Shown here: positions 18,467-27,309 of the stretch, one piece after another
How positions within the stretch are numbered: the stretch's first letter is position 1
Layout of the letters: every line of letters starts with the position of its first letter
NCBI GenBank assembly: GCA_027592945.1
Contig: JAQCJP010000001.1
Location: 1-51,780, forward strand
Reading direction: 5' to 3'
Length of the DNA stretch: 51,780 bases
Source of the DNA: Planctomycetota bacterium
GTDB taxonomy: Bacteria; Planctomycetota; Planctomycetia; Pirellulales; UBA1268
Notes under the pieces: model-generated
What the model was told of the DNA's origin: nothing
The model's database searches: none
What the model saw: only the letters and a program-made list of their open reading frames with translations
Program-made: the position numbers and the translations under genes

Positions 18467-20143
18467 ATGACCGCCAAGCGTTCCTCGTCTTCCAAACAAT
18501 CCGGCAGCCGGGCCGTGCTCGTCGCCAGCGGCGACCTGCGAGAAGAGGCCAACCGGGTCTGCTGGCCGGCGCAGCGGGCGATGGAGGGCGATCTGACAGC
18601 CGCATTCCGCCGGGCTGGGTGGAGGCTGGAGCGGGGCCATGCTCCGTCCCGCGCCCGGGGCCACGGCTTCATCGCCAGCGCCCGGGAAGGCCTCGATGTG
18701 TTCGCGCGGATCGATCCCGATCTCCCCCTGGTCGTCGCTGAGGCCGTCTGGCAGTACTCCAATCATGTCCTTCCGGGGCTGACGAGCCACCGGGGGCCGA
18801 TCCTGACCGTCGCCAACTGGTCGGGCCAGTGGCCCGGCCTGGTCGGGATGCTCAACCTCAACGGCTCGCTCACCAAGTCGGGCGTCCCCTACGCAACGCT
18901 CTGGGCAGACGACTTTGCCAGCCCTTCTTTTGCCCGCCATCTGACCGCCTGGCTCGACGCCCGAGCAGTGCACCATGACACGAGCCACGTTGTGCCAGCC
19001 AGGCGGGTTCGGATCCCGGCGACGCTGCAGAAGACGGCCGCATCGCTCGCCACCGACCTCCTGCGACAGAAGGCGCTGATGGGGGTCTTCGACGAGGGAT
19101 GCATGGGCATGGAAAATGCGATCATTCCTGACCGCCTCCTTCACGCAACCGGTGTCTTCAAGGAACGGCTCAGCCAAAGTGCGCTGTATCACGAGACGCT
19201 GCGGGTCTCAGAGCGGGAGGCTCGTGATGTCTTTCGCTGGCTCGAGAAGGCCGGGATGCGGTTTCACTTCGGCCGTGACGAGGCGACCGATCTGACCCGG
19301 CGGCAGGTGCTGCTGCAGTGCCGCATGTATGTGGCCGCCCTGCGGATCGCCGACCGCTACGGCTGTGATCTGATCGGGATTCAATACCAGCAGGGCCTCA
19401 AGGACCTGCTGCCGGCAAGCGACCTGGTCGAGGGCATGCTCAACGACTCGAAGCGACCACCGGTCACCGCCGAGGGCTCCTCTCGCGTGCTCTTCCGCGG
19501 CCGGCCGCTGGTGCACTTCAACGAGGTCGACGAGTGTGCCGGGCTCGACGGCCTCCTCACGCAGCGGGTCCACGAGGCGCTCGGCGAGCCGGTCGAGAAC
19601 ACCCTCCACGACATCCGCTGGGGTGACTGGGACCAGTCGGGCACCACCGACCAGTGGGTCTGGGTGTTCGAGATTTCCGGTGGCGCGCCTCCGAGCCATT
19701 TCACGGGCGGCTGGAAGGGAGCTGCGGGGTTCCGACAGCCGCCGATGTACTTCCGGCTTGGCGGCAGCACGTTGGCGGGCGTCAGCCGGCCGGGGGAGAT
19801 CGTCTGGAGCAGGATCTGGGTGGACGGCCGGGGTGGATCCGAAAAGCTCTGCATGGATATCGGACGGGCTGGCGTCGTCGCGTTGCCGGAGGCGGAGACC
19901 CGCCGTCGTCTCGAGGCGACCACGCCGCAGTGGCCGATCATGCATGCGGTCACCTACGGCGTGACTCGCGACCAAATGATGGCCCGCCACAAGGCCAACC
20001 ATGTGCAGGTCGCCTACGCCCGCGACGCGGCGGCGGCCGACCGGGCGGCGCTGGCCAAGGCGGCGGTCGCTTCGGCGCTGGGAATCGAGGTCTCGTTCTG
20101 CGGCACGCGAGGCCCAGGCGGCACTCCGGCGGCGAATTGGTAG
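18467..20143 (+). CDS. Sugar isomerase-like protein (L-fucose/L-arabinose isomerase superfamily; tentative)
   Basis: This is track ORF 18416..20143 trimmed to the ATG at 18467 (MTAKRSSSS). [24 protein letters not shown] and the overall length resemble the FucI-like family. The assignment is from memory only. Confidence 0.5.
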   Translation: MTAKRSSSSKQSGSRAVLVASGDLREEANRVCWPAQRAMEGDLTAAFRRAGWRLERGHAPSRARGHGFIASAREGLDVFARIDPDLPLVVAEAVWQYSNHVLPGLTSHRGPILTVANWSGQWPGLVGMLNLNGSLTKSGVPYATLWADDFASPSFARHLTAWLDARAVHHDTSHVVPARRVRIPATLQKTAASLATDLLRQKALMGVFDEGCMGMENAIIPDRLLHATGVFKERLSQSALYHETLRVSEREARDVFRWLEKAGMRFHFGRDEATDLTRRQVLLQCRMYVAALRIADRYGCDLIGIQYQQGLKDLLPASDLVEGMLNDSKRPPVTAEGSSRVLFRGRPLVHFNEVDECAGLDGLLTQRVHEALGEPVENTLHDIRWGDWDQSGTTDQWVWVFEISGGAPPSHFTGGWKGAAGFRQPPMYFRLGGSTLAGVSRPGEIVWSRIWVDGRGGSEKLCMDIGRAGVVALPEAETRRRLEATTPQWPIMHAVTYGVTRDQMMARHKANHVQVAYARDAAAADRAALAKAAVASALGIEVSFCGTRGPGGTPAANW

Positions 20144-20182
20144 GCGTGGGGTAGCCGCGGCTTTCCCTCAGCCGGGGTGCGC

Positions 20183-20283
20183 GAGGGGTGAGCCCGTGCC
20201 GTGGAGCCGGCGTTGCTGGCGACGTGAAGGCAGGGATGCCGAAAGCGAGCGTCCGGGCGACACGGCACGGGCTTGCCCCGAGC
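20183..20283. repeat. Hairpin repeat element, copy 1 (101 nt)
   Basis: Positions 20183-20242 are 60/60 identical to 25693-25752. Positions 20243-20283 match 25793-25833 with 3 mismatches. The terminal inverted repeat is GGGGTGAGCCCGTGCCGTG (20185-20203) against CACGGCACGGGCTTGCCCC (20261-20279), with 2 mismatches. The element starts 40 nt after the stop of the isomerase-like gene. Confidence 0.85.
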
Positions 20284-20452
20284 CTGAGCGAGTCGAACCC
20301 GACCGACCGAATCCTTGCGGTCGCCGCCCGGCGTGCAGAAATTAGGATTCGAACAGGCCGGGGGGCAGGGCCGTAGGACTTTTCAGCGACAGCCAGCGGG
20401 GTTTCTTCCTCGCACGAAAAAAGGTTGCTTCGCTGCAGGTCATTCCACGTGC

Positions 20453-23400
20453 ATGGATTGGAGCGTCCCTATGGTCACTCGCAACGGGGGTATCGAAGAG
20501 GGCAACGAGACCGGCGGTCGCCGGGATGCAGGCCGGGCCGCCAGCCGGCAGATGCGTCGCCGGCACGAACGGCGGCTGCGGGCGAAGCGTGCCAAAGGGC
20601 CTGCTCAACTGACTGCCGAATCGCTCGAGACGCGAGCCCTGCTGGCGGCGGTCGTGGCCGACTATGGCGTGGCCGGTGACTGGGGCAGCGGCTTTCAGGC
20701 GGGGATCACCCTTGAGAGCCAGGACGCCGCGGCGGTGGAGAACTGGACGCTTTCCTTTGACTACGAGGCCACGATCGGCTCGATCTGGGATGCCCAAGTC
20801 GTCTCCCGAGACGGCTCGACGTACACGATCCAGGGGGCGGGCTGGAACAGTGACCTGGCCCCGGGTGGCAAGATCTCCTTCGGCTTTATCGGCATACCCG
20901 AGGGCATGGGACCGGCCGCTCCGCCGACCAACTACACGCTCAACGGCGAACTGCTCGGTGAATTCACGCCCGCTCCCGAGCCGGTGCCGACACCACTGCC
21001 GACGCCCGTACCCGCCCCCACGCCAACCCCCGAACCTGCCCCGACCGACCCTGCGGTCGCCTTCATAGTGACGAGCGACTGGGGCAGTGGCTTCAATGGC
21101 GATCTGACTGTGACCAACACCGGGACTGCAGCGATCACCGAGTGGGAGGTATCCTTCGACTTTGATGGCGAGATCGCCAGCCTCTGGAACGGCGAGATCG
21201 TCTCGCGGTCGGGTTCGAGGTACACCGTGACCAACACCTCCTGGAACGGTTCGCTGGCGGCGGGCGGGTCGGCCACGATCGGGTTCACGGCATCGCCCGG
21301 CGGCGCAGCGGCCGTGCTGCGAAACGTTGCCGTCGTGCTGGGCGGGGCAGTCGCGCCGCTGCCTGAGCCAGCCCCGGCACCCGAGCCGACACCTGCTCCG
21401 GCCCCCGCGCCTGAGCCCGCCCCGACCCCCGGCGACGGCACGCCGATCGACGACGCCACCGCCGGCCTCAACACCGGCAACCCCGGCGACGAGAAGTGGG
21501 GCGAGGCCCACTTCGCCCCCTACGTCGACATGGGGCTCTGGCCGGTGCCCGATCTCACCGAGATCGCCCGCACCCGCGGCACCTCGCTGTTGACGCTCGG
21601 CTTCATGCAGGCCGCACCCAACGGCGAGCCCGCCTGGGCCGGGCTGGCGGCGCTGGCGCCCGATGCCGACTTCGACCAGGCCCGGGCGATCAACGCCTCG
21701 ATCGCCGACTTCCAGGCAGCTGGCGGCGATGTGATGATCTCGCTGGGCGGGGCATTCGGCACGAGCCTGGCCCAGTCGTTTGTCGCCTCGGGCCGCAGTG
21801 CCACCGCCCTGGCAGCGACCTACGCCTCGATCGTCGACTGGTATTCGCTCAACCGGCTCGACTTCGACATCGAGGGGGCAGCGGTGGCCGATCCCGCTTC
21901 GATCGCCCTGCGGAGCGAGGCGATCGCGATCCTCCAGCAGGTTCGGCCCGATCTCGAGGTCTGGTACACGCTGCCGGTGCTGCCGGCCGGCCTGACGGCC
22001 GACGGCCTGAATGTCGTCCGATCGGCCCTGGCCGCCGGCGTGACCCTCGACGGCGTCAACGTGATGGCGATGAACTACGGCTCCTGGGCGGCACCAACCA
22101 GCGGGCCAGACGCCCGGCCGATGGGCGAGTATGCGATCGCCGCGGCCGAGAGCACCCACGCCCAGTTGACCACGCTCTTCGCCGAGCAGGGTCAGGCCTT
22201 TGCCTGGCGGATGCTCGGAGTGACGCCGATGATCGGGGTCAACGATCTGACGTCCGAGGTCTTCACCGTCTCCGACGCCCAGCTGCTTGAAGACTTCGCC
22301 CGCGAGAAGGGCCTCGGCATGCTCTCGATGTGGTCGGTGGCCCGCGACAATCCGGGCGACCTCGGCCGCGCGACCGCCACCGCCTCCGGCCTCGACGTGG
22401 CCGCCGGCAGCTTCAGCGGCGTGTTCACCGATTACGGCACGCAGAACACGCTCGACCTCGGCGGAGGCGATCCGGTTGCCCCGCCGGTCGACCCGGTGCC
22501 GCCCGCGGACCCGGTGCCGAGCGACCCGGTCGACGAGGGGCCGACGGATCCCGTGCCGACCGACCCCGTCCCGACCGATCCTGCTCCGCAGCCCGAGCCG
22601 GAGCCGGTCGATCCCGCTCCGGTCGTGCCCCCGCCGGTCACCGAGACTCCGATCGATCCGGCTCCGGTCGACCCGGTGCCCGTCGATCCCACCCCGGCTG
22701 ATCCCGGCGACCCGGCGGCCCTGCCGATCGCCAGCCACGACAAGGTCCTGGCGGCCTACTTCCCCGAGTGGGGCATCTACGGTCGCAACTTCCAGGTCGC
22801 CGACGTGCCGGCTGAGAACCTCACCCACCTGATTTATTCGTTCCTCGATCTCAAGAGCTCGGGCGAGGTCGCCATCTACGACTCCTATGCGGCGGTCGAG
22901 AAGCGGTTCGCCGCCCACGAGACGGTCAGCGGGGAGGCCGACCAGTGGTACTACCCGCCGGGCGATCCGCGGGCCGAGCAGACCGTCTGGGGCAACTTCG
23001 CCCAGCTGGCCCAGCTCAAGGAGAAGTATCCGCACCTCAAGGTGACGATCGCGGTCGGCGGCTGGACGCTCTCCGACCACTTCAGCACGGTCGCCGCGAC
23101 CGAGGCGGGCCGGGAGACCATGGCGCGTTCGATCGAGACCTTCCTCGACACCTACCGGATGTTCGACGGGATCGACTTCGACTGGGAGTATCCAGGTGGC
23201 GGCGGCGAGGCGGGCAACTCGGTCAGCCCCGACGACGGGGCCAACTATGCCCTCCTGCTGGCCAACGTCCGCGGCAAGCTCGACGCCCTCGGGGCCCGGC
23301 TGGGCCGCAGGTACGAGATCTCGGTGGCCGCCCCGGGCGGCTCCGACAAGATCGTGAACTTCAACGCGGCGGGCCTCGCCCCCCACATCGATTACTTCAA

Positions 23401-24016
23401 CCTGATGTCGTATGACTTCCACGGCACCTGGGAGACCACGACGGGCCATCAGTCGGCCTTCACCGCCGACCCGATCGGCTACGACATCGAGACGGCCGTC
23501 CAGGCCTACCTCGACGCGGGCATCGATCCGGGCCAGCTCGTCCTGGGGGCGCCGCTCTACACGCGGGCCTGGCAGGGCGCGGCCGACGGGGGCGACGGCG
23601 GCTACGCCGAGTCGACCAGCGGGGCCGCCCCGGGCACGTTCGAGAAGGGCGTCTACGACTACAAGGACCTGCTCGGCCAGGTGCAGGATCCGGCCAACGG
23701 CTGGCAGCTCTACTGGGACGACACCGCCCAGGCGAGCTACGTCTACCAGCCGAGCACCGGGATCTTCAGCTCGTTCGAGACTCCCAGCTCGATTGCCCAG
23801 AAGAGCGAATGGGCCACCGCCCTGGGGCTCGGCGGCATGATGTTCTGGGACATCACCAACGACGCCCTTGATTCCTCGGAGAGCCTGGTGAAGGCGGCCT
23901 ACGACTCGTGGGTGCTCGATGACGACTTCGCCACGATCCGCGAGCGGTCGAGCCTGACCAACGAGATCGTCGTCGGCGGCGACGGCAGCATCGGCCCGCT
24001 CCCGCTCCTGGAATGA
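20453..24016 (+). CDS. Secreted multidomain chitinase: 2 x CBM2-like plus 2 x GH18 catalytic domains
   Basis: This is track ORF 20315..24016 trimmed to the ATG at 20453. The N-terminus is basic and carries ESLETRALLAA (20618-20650). There are two CBM2-like modules (DWGSGFQAGITL..NW.LSF.. and DWGSGFNGDLTVTNTG..EWEVSF..NTSWNGSLAAGGSATIGF). GH18 domain 1 has LDFDIEG (DFDIE at 21860-21874). GH18 domain 2 has the canonical FDGIDFDWEYPGG (23165-23188), MSYDFHG and GGMMFWD. P/T/D-rich linkers separate the domains. Confidence 0.9.
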   Translation: MDWSVPMVTRNGGIEEGNETGGRRDAGRAASRQMRRRHERRLRAKRAKGPAQLTAESLETRALLAAVVADYGVAGDWGSGFQAGITLESQDAAAVENWTLSFDYEATIGSIWDAQVVSRDGSTYTIQGAGWNSDLAPGGKISFGFIGIPEGMGPAAPPTNYTLNGELLGEFTPAPEPVPTPLPTPVPAPTPTPEPAPTDPAVAFIVTSDWGSGFNGDLTVTNTGTAAITEWEVSFDFDGEIASLWNGEIVSRSGSRYTVTNTSWNGSLAAGGSATIGFTASPGGAAAVLRNVAVVLGGAVAPLPEPAPAPEPTPAPAPAPEPAPTPGDGTPIDDATAGLNTGNPGDEKWGEAHFAPYVDMGLWPVPDLTEIARTRGTSLLTLGFMQAAPNGEPAWAGLAALAPDADFDQARAINASIADFQAAGGDVMISLGGAFGTSLAQSFVASGRSATALAATYASIVDWYSLNRLDFDIEGAAVADPASIALRSEAIAILQQVRPDLEVWYTLPVLPAGLTADGLNVVRSALAAGVTLDGVNVMAMNYGSWAAPTSGPDARPMGEYAIAAAESTHAQLTTLFAEQGQAFAWRMLGVTPMIGVNDLTSEVFTVSDAQLLEDFAREKGLGMLSMWSVARDNPGDLGRATATASGLDVAAGSFSGVFTDYGTQNTLDLGGGDPVAPPVDPVPPADPVPSDPVDEGPTDPVPTDPVPTDPAPQPEPEPVDPAPVVPPPVTETPIDPAPVDPVPVDPTPADPGDPAALPIASHDKVLAAYFPEWGIYGRNFQVADVPAENLTHLIYSFLDLKSSGEVAIYDSYAAVEKRFAAHETVSGEADQWYYPPGDPRAEQTVWGNFAQLAQLKEKYPHLKVTIAVGGWTLSDHFSTVAATEAGRETMARSIETFLDTYRMFDGIDFDWEYPGGGGEAGNSVSPDDGANYALLLANVRGKLDALGARLGRRYEISVAAPGGSDKIVNFNAAGLAPHIDYFNLMSYDFHGTWETTTGHQSAFTADPIGYDIETAVQAYLDAGIDPGQLVLGAPLYTRAWQGAADGGDGGYAESTSGAAPGTFEKGVYDYKDLLGQVQDPANGWQLYWDDTAQASYVYQPSTGIFSSFETPSSIAQKSEWATALGLGGMMFWDITNDALDSSESLVKAAYDSWVLDDDFATIRERSSLTNEIVVGGDGSIGPLPLLE

Positions 24017-24089
24017 GCGGAGCGGTTTGCACGCCCAGCCGGCTTCGCTGAAGATGCTTCGGTTTTGCATCTTCCAGCAGCAGGCAACC

Positions 24090-25625
24090 ATGAAAACCCA
24101 AGGCTACCTCGGCATCGACGTCGGCACCTCGGGCCTCTCGGTCAGCTTCGTCGACGCGGCGATGCGGATCCGCGGCACCGGCGACGGCTCCTACGAGATG
24201 GTCCCTGGGCTCGAGCCAGGCTGCTACGAGCAGCAGCCGGCCGATTGGGAGCATGCCCTGGAAGCAGCGATGGCCGACCTGCGGGCAAAGCTTGCCCCGC
24301 TCGACATCGAACTGGAGATCCGGGCGATCGGGATTTCCGGACAGATGCACGGCGAGGTGCTCTGCGATGCCGGCGGTGAGCCGCTGGCCCCGGCCCGGCT
24401 CTGGTGCGACGGCCGCAACGAGGCCGAGGGACACGAACTGACCGACCTGTTGGGTGTGAAGTGCCCCAAGCGGATGACCGCCAGCCGCTGGCTGTGGACG
24501 ATCCGCAATCGGCTCGAGCTTGCCCGCCACGTTGCGCACCTCACGACCCCCGGCGGCTGGATCGCCCGGCGACTGACCGGCGCGTGGACCCTCGGCATCG
24601 GCGACGCCTCGGGGATGTTTCCGATCGACCAGGCGACGCTCGACTACGACTCGCGACGGCTCGCCGACGTCGATGCGATGATCGCCCGCACGGCTCCCAA
24701 CCTGAAGCTGCCATCGCTCGCTGAACTCCTCCCGACGGTCCGCCAAGCGGGTGACGACGCCGGCTCGCTTGATGCCCACGGGGCGGCCCTGCTCGGCCTC
24801 CCGGAGGGAATTCCCGTCGCCGCCGCCGAGGGCGACCAGCCGGCGGCCCTGGCCGGCTCGCTGATCGCAGCGGCCGGCACCGTCTCGATGAGCTTTGGCA
24901 CGAGCGTCGTGGCCAACTCCGTGGGCGACCGGCCCTTTGAGGGCGTGGACCGGGCGGTCGATCACTTCTGCGCGGTTGATGGCAAGCCGATCAACATGGT
25001 CTGGCTGCGGAACGGCACGACCGCGCTGAACATGGTCGTGGAAATGTTCGGCCGCGTGCTGCCGACCGGCAGCGATCCGTTTACCGCCGTGATGCCGCTG
25101 TTGCTGGCCGCCTCGGACGACTGCGGCGGGCTGGCTGCCCTGCCCTTCATCGACGACGAGCCCGGCCTGGGCGTCTCGACCGGCGGCTCCGCCTGCCTGG
25201 TTGGTCTGACCGATGCCAACGCCACGCCCGGCAACGCTGCCCGGGCGATGCTGTTGGCAACGATCTTCAATCTCAGGATCGGCAGCGACGTGCTTGAGGC
25301 CCAGGGCTATCCGCGGACGGAAATCGTTCTCTCCGGCGGGCTTGTCAAGACACCGGCACTCGGCCAACTCGTCGCCGACGTCTTCAACACGCCGGTGGTG
25401 ATTCTCGACTGCGGCAGCGAGGGCAGCGGCTTCGGTGCAGCCCTGCTGGCAGCCTACCGGGACCGGCGGCAGGCCGGCGACGCGGCTTCCTGGGAGGCCT
25501 TCCTCGCCGATCAGGCCCCGACGCCAGCCCACCGGTTCACGCCCCACAGTGCCGCCGTCGCCGTGCTCGAGCGATCCTACGCCCGCCACCGCCAGCTGGT
25601 GGCGGCACAGCGGGAGCTCGCGTGA
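24090..25625 (+). CDS. FGGY-family carbohydrate kinase (xylulokinase-like)
   Basis: This is track ORF 24027..25625 trimmed to the ATG at 24090 (MKTQGYLGIDVGTSG). GISGQMHG, LWCDGR and the C-terminal VLSGGL..P are typical FGGY motifs. Confidence 0.85.
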   Translation: MKTQGYLGIDVGTSGLSVSFVDAAMRIRGTGDGSYEMVPGLEPGCYEQQPADWEHALEAAMADLRAKLAPLDIELEIRAIGISGQMHGEVLCDAGGEPLAPARLWCDGRNEAEGHELTDLLGVKCPKRMTASRWLWTIRNRLELARHVAHLTTPGGWIARRLTGAWTLGIGDASGMFPIDQATLDYDSRRLADVDAMIARTAPNLKLPSLAELLPTVRQAGDDAGSLDAHGAALLGLPEGIPVAAAEGDQPAALAGSLIAAAGTVSMSFGTSVVANSVGDRPFEGVDRAVDHFCAVDGKPINMVWLRNGTTALNMVVEMFGRVLPTGSDPFTAVMPLLLAASDDCGGLAALPFIDDEPGLGVSTGGSACLVGLTDANATPGNAARAMLLATIFNLRIGSDVLEAQGYPRTEIVLSGGLVKTPALGQLVADVFNTPVVILDCGSEGSGFGAALLAAYRDRRQAGDAASWEAFLADQAPTPAHRFTPHSAAVAVLERSYARHRQLVAAQRELA

Positions 25626-25692
25626 AGTATTGGGGGCCAGTGGGCTTCTATTGTGTTCGCGCGGACACGGAATCCGGGTTCGTGAGGGGTGA

Positions 25693-25833
25693 GCCCGTGC
25701 CGTGGAGCCGGCGTTGCTGGCGACGTGAAGGCAGGGATGCCGAGAACGAGCCAGCATCGAGCGAGCGGAAGGCAGGATGCCTGAAGCGAGCGTCCGAGCG
25801 ACACGGCACGGGCTCACCCCGAGCTTGCGCGAG
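25693..25833. repeat. Hairpin repeat element, copy 2 (141 nt, with 40-nt internal imperfect duplication)
   Basis: There is a perfect 19-bp terminal inverted repeat: GGGGTGAGCCCGTGCCGTG (25695-25713) against CACGGCACGGGCTCACCCC (25811-25829). An extra 40 nt (25753-25792) contains GAAGGCAGGATGCCTGA, a near-copy of GAAGGCAGGGATGCCGA (25736-25752). The element lies between the convergent kinase and rhomboid genes. Confidence 0.85.
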
Positions 25834-25857
25834 GCCAGCCCACCAGACGCGCCACGC

Positions 25858-26772
25858 TCAGCCGCGGCGGCCTTTGAAGCGGCGGCTGGCGCGGGCGAGG
25901 GTTTCCCGCTCGCCTTCGGTGAGGCTCGCCTCACCGGAGCGACCGATCTTCTCGAGGATGCGGTCGACCTCCTCCTCGAGCGGCGGCTCGTCATCATCGC
26001 TGCCGAAACGACGGCCGGCTTCGTCATCTGGGCTGAAGACCCGCAGCCGGCGGGTGCGGATGCTCTGCCGGATCCGGTCCCAGGACTCGGCCAGCCCGTC
26101 GAGCCGCCAGCCCCGCCAGACGTAGAGAATCCCGAAGGCCGCTCCGGCCAGGTGCGCGACATGGGCGACGTCGCTGGCCTGGCTGCCGGCACCCTGCAGG
26201 TCCGAAAACAGATAGAGGACCCCGAGGGCCCAGGCCGGTACCGGGAGGATGCCGTAGATCAGCACCGTCTGCCGGGGATAGTACCAGATGAAGGCGGCCA
26301 GCACCGCCATCACGCCGCCGGAGGCGCCCACCAGCCGGCTGTTGTCCATCATGCCGCCGGTGAGCCGTTCCCCGATCAGCCAGGCGAGCCCCGCCACGAT
26401 GATCGAGACGCAGTAGAACCGGGTGAACTCCGCCCGCCCCAGGACCGCCTCGATCGGCCGGCCGAAGAACCAGAGCGTGAGCATGTTGAAGAGGATGTGG
26501 AGGATGTGCCACGGCGGGCGGTCGTCATGCAAAAAGCCGTAGGTCAGGAGGGTCCAGAACTTCCAGAGGTGGCTGGGCAGGTCGCTCTGCAGGCAGCAGA
26601 AGTTGTTGAGCGAGAAGTTCACCGACACGACCTCCCGGAGGAGGTTGCCGGCGAGGATGAAGTTCGCCAGCCAGACGGCGACGTTGATCGCGATGATCGC
26701 GTTGACGGCCGACCATTCCGGGGCGAAGCCCGACGTCGGCGAGCGATAGTAGCCGCGGTCTTGAAAACCCAT
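25858..26772 (-). CDS. Rhomboid-family intramembrane serine protease with C-terminal cytoplasmic extension
   Basis: Motifs are WTLLTYGFLH, HILFNMLTLWFFG, GASGGVMAVLAAF (GxSG) and HLAGAAFG (His). Confidence 0.85.
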   Translation of the reverse strand: MGFQDRGYYRSPTSGFAPEWSAVNAIIAINVAVWLANFILAGNLLREVVSVNFSLNNFCCLQSDLPSHLWKFWTLLTYGFLHDDRPPWHILHILFNMLTLWFFGRPIEAVLGRAEFTRFYCVSIIVAGLAWLIGERLTGGMMDNSRLVGASGGVMAVLAAFIWYYPRQTVLIYGILPVPAWALGVLYLFSDLQGAGSQASDVAHVAHLAGAAFGILYVWRGWRLDGLAESWDRIRQSIRTRRLRVFSPDDEAGRRFGSDDDEPPLEEEVDRILEKIGRSGEASLTEGERETLARASRRFKGRRG

Positions 26773-26907
26773 GAGAGCCGCCGCGTGATGCGGTCGGGAG
26801 GGAGGGAGGATGGCTCAGAAACCTCCCCATCGTACCGATACGCAGCGGCCTGAATCAAAACGTCGTGAACTCTGGCGGGGAGCCGGGGGTGAAAGCCTCC
26901 GTCGCCA

Positions 26908-27254
26908 GGGATATTTCGCCGCCGCGCCAATCGTGATAGCAACGTCCGATGGGCGAAATCTCCAAAGGCTCCTTCGGCTTCCACCCCCGGCTCTGCACCG
27001 CGGCCCTGCGTTGGCGAGGCTGCCGGAATCGGCGAACGCTCGACGAGCCTTTTGGGGATTTCGCCCCCTCGAGGAAGACGCTTCACAACGGGTGCCGCGA
27101 AATCCCCCGGCGAGGAGACTTTCGCCGTTCCGGCAGCCGGCGGGCGATGCTATCCGATCCGCCTTCCGGGATTCGCCCCATTGAAATAGTCACTTCGGCT
27201 ACGGACGCCGCCAAAACACCCAGCAAGGAGACGTTTGCGGTTCCGGCAGCCGGC
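26908..27254. repeat. Cluster of short inverted and direct repeats in the 537-nt intergenic region upstream of the oxidoreductase gene
   Basis: The GGGGATTTCGCC-type motif occurs five times in alternating orientation: 26908-26920, 26952-26963 (rc), 27054-27064, 27097-27107 (rc) and 27168-27179. The pair 27054-27064 / 27097-27107 is a perfect 11-bp inverted repeat. There is also a 28-nt direct repeat, GGAGACtTTcGCcGTTCCGGCAGCCGGC (27114-27141) against 27227-27254, matching 25/28. Confidence 0.7.
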
Positions 27255-27309
27255 ACGTTACGCTGCCCGACCCGCTCGAATCGGGCGGGCCTACCACCAG
27301 GAGCGAGCG

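Noticed and set aside
20342-24091. A 1249-aa ORF on the minus strand, antisense to the chitinase gene.
   Set aside because: The product is Arg/Gly/Pro/Asp-rich low-complexity sequence with no recognisable motif. The ORF lies entirely opposite a gene with unambiguous CBM2 and GH18 motifs. Long antisense open frames are expected at this GC content.
20144-25857. The chitinase-kinase block as a transposon or genomic island.
   Set aside because: No transposase, integrase or tRNA-adjacent att site is present, and I could see no compositional break by eye. The flanking repeats are kept as a finding, but a mobile-element call is not supported.
23853-26192. A 779-aa minus-strand ORF spanning the kinase gene, the repeat element and part of the rhomboid gene.
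   Set aside because: It crosses an intergenic repeat and lies antisense to the FGGY kinase. The peptide it shares with ORF 20014..20268 (HPCLHVASNAGSTARAHPSRT) simply reflects the duplicated DNA element.
26908-27254. Possible CRISPR array.
   Set aside because: The repeats are only 11-13 nt, alternate in orientation and are irregularly spaced. No cas genes are present in the window.
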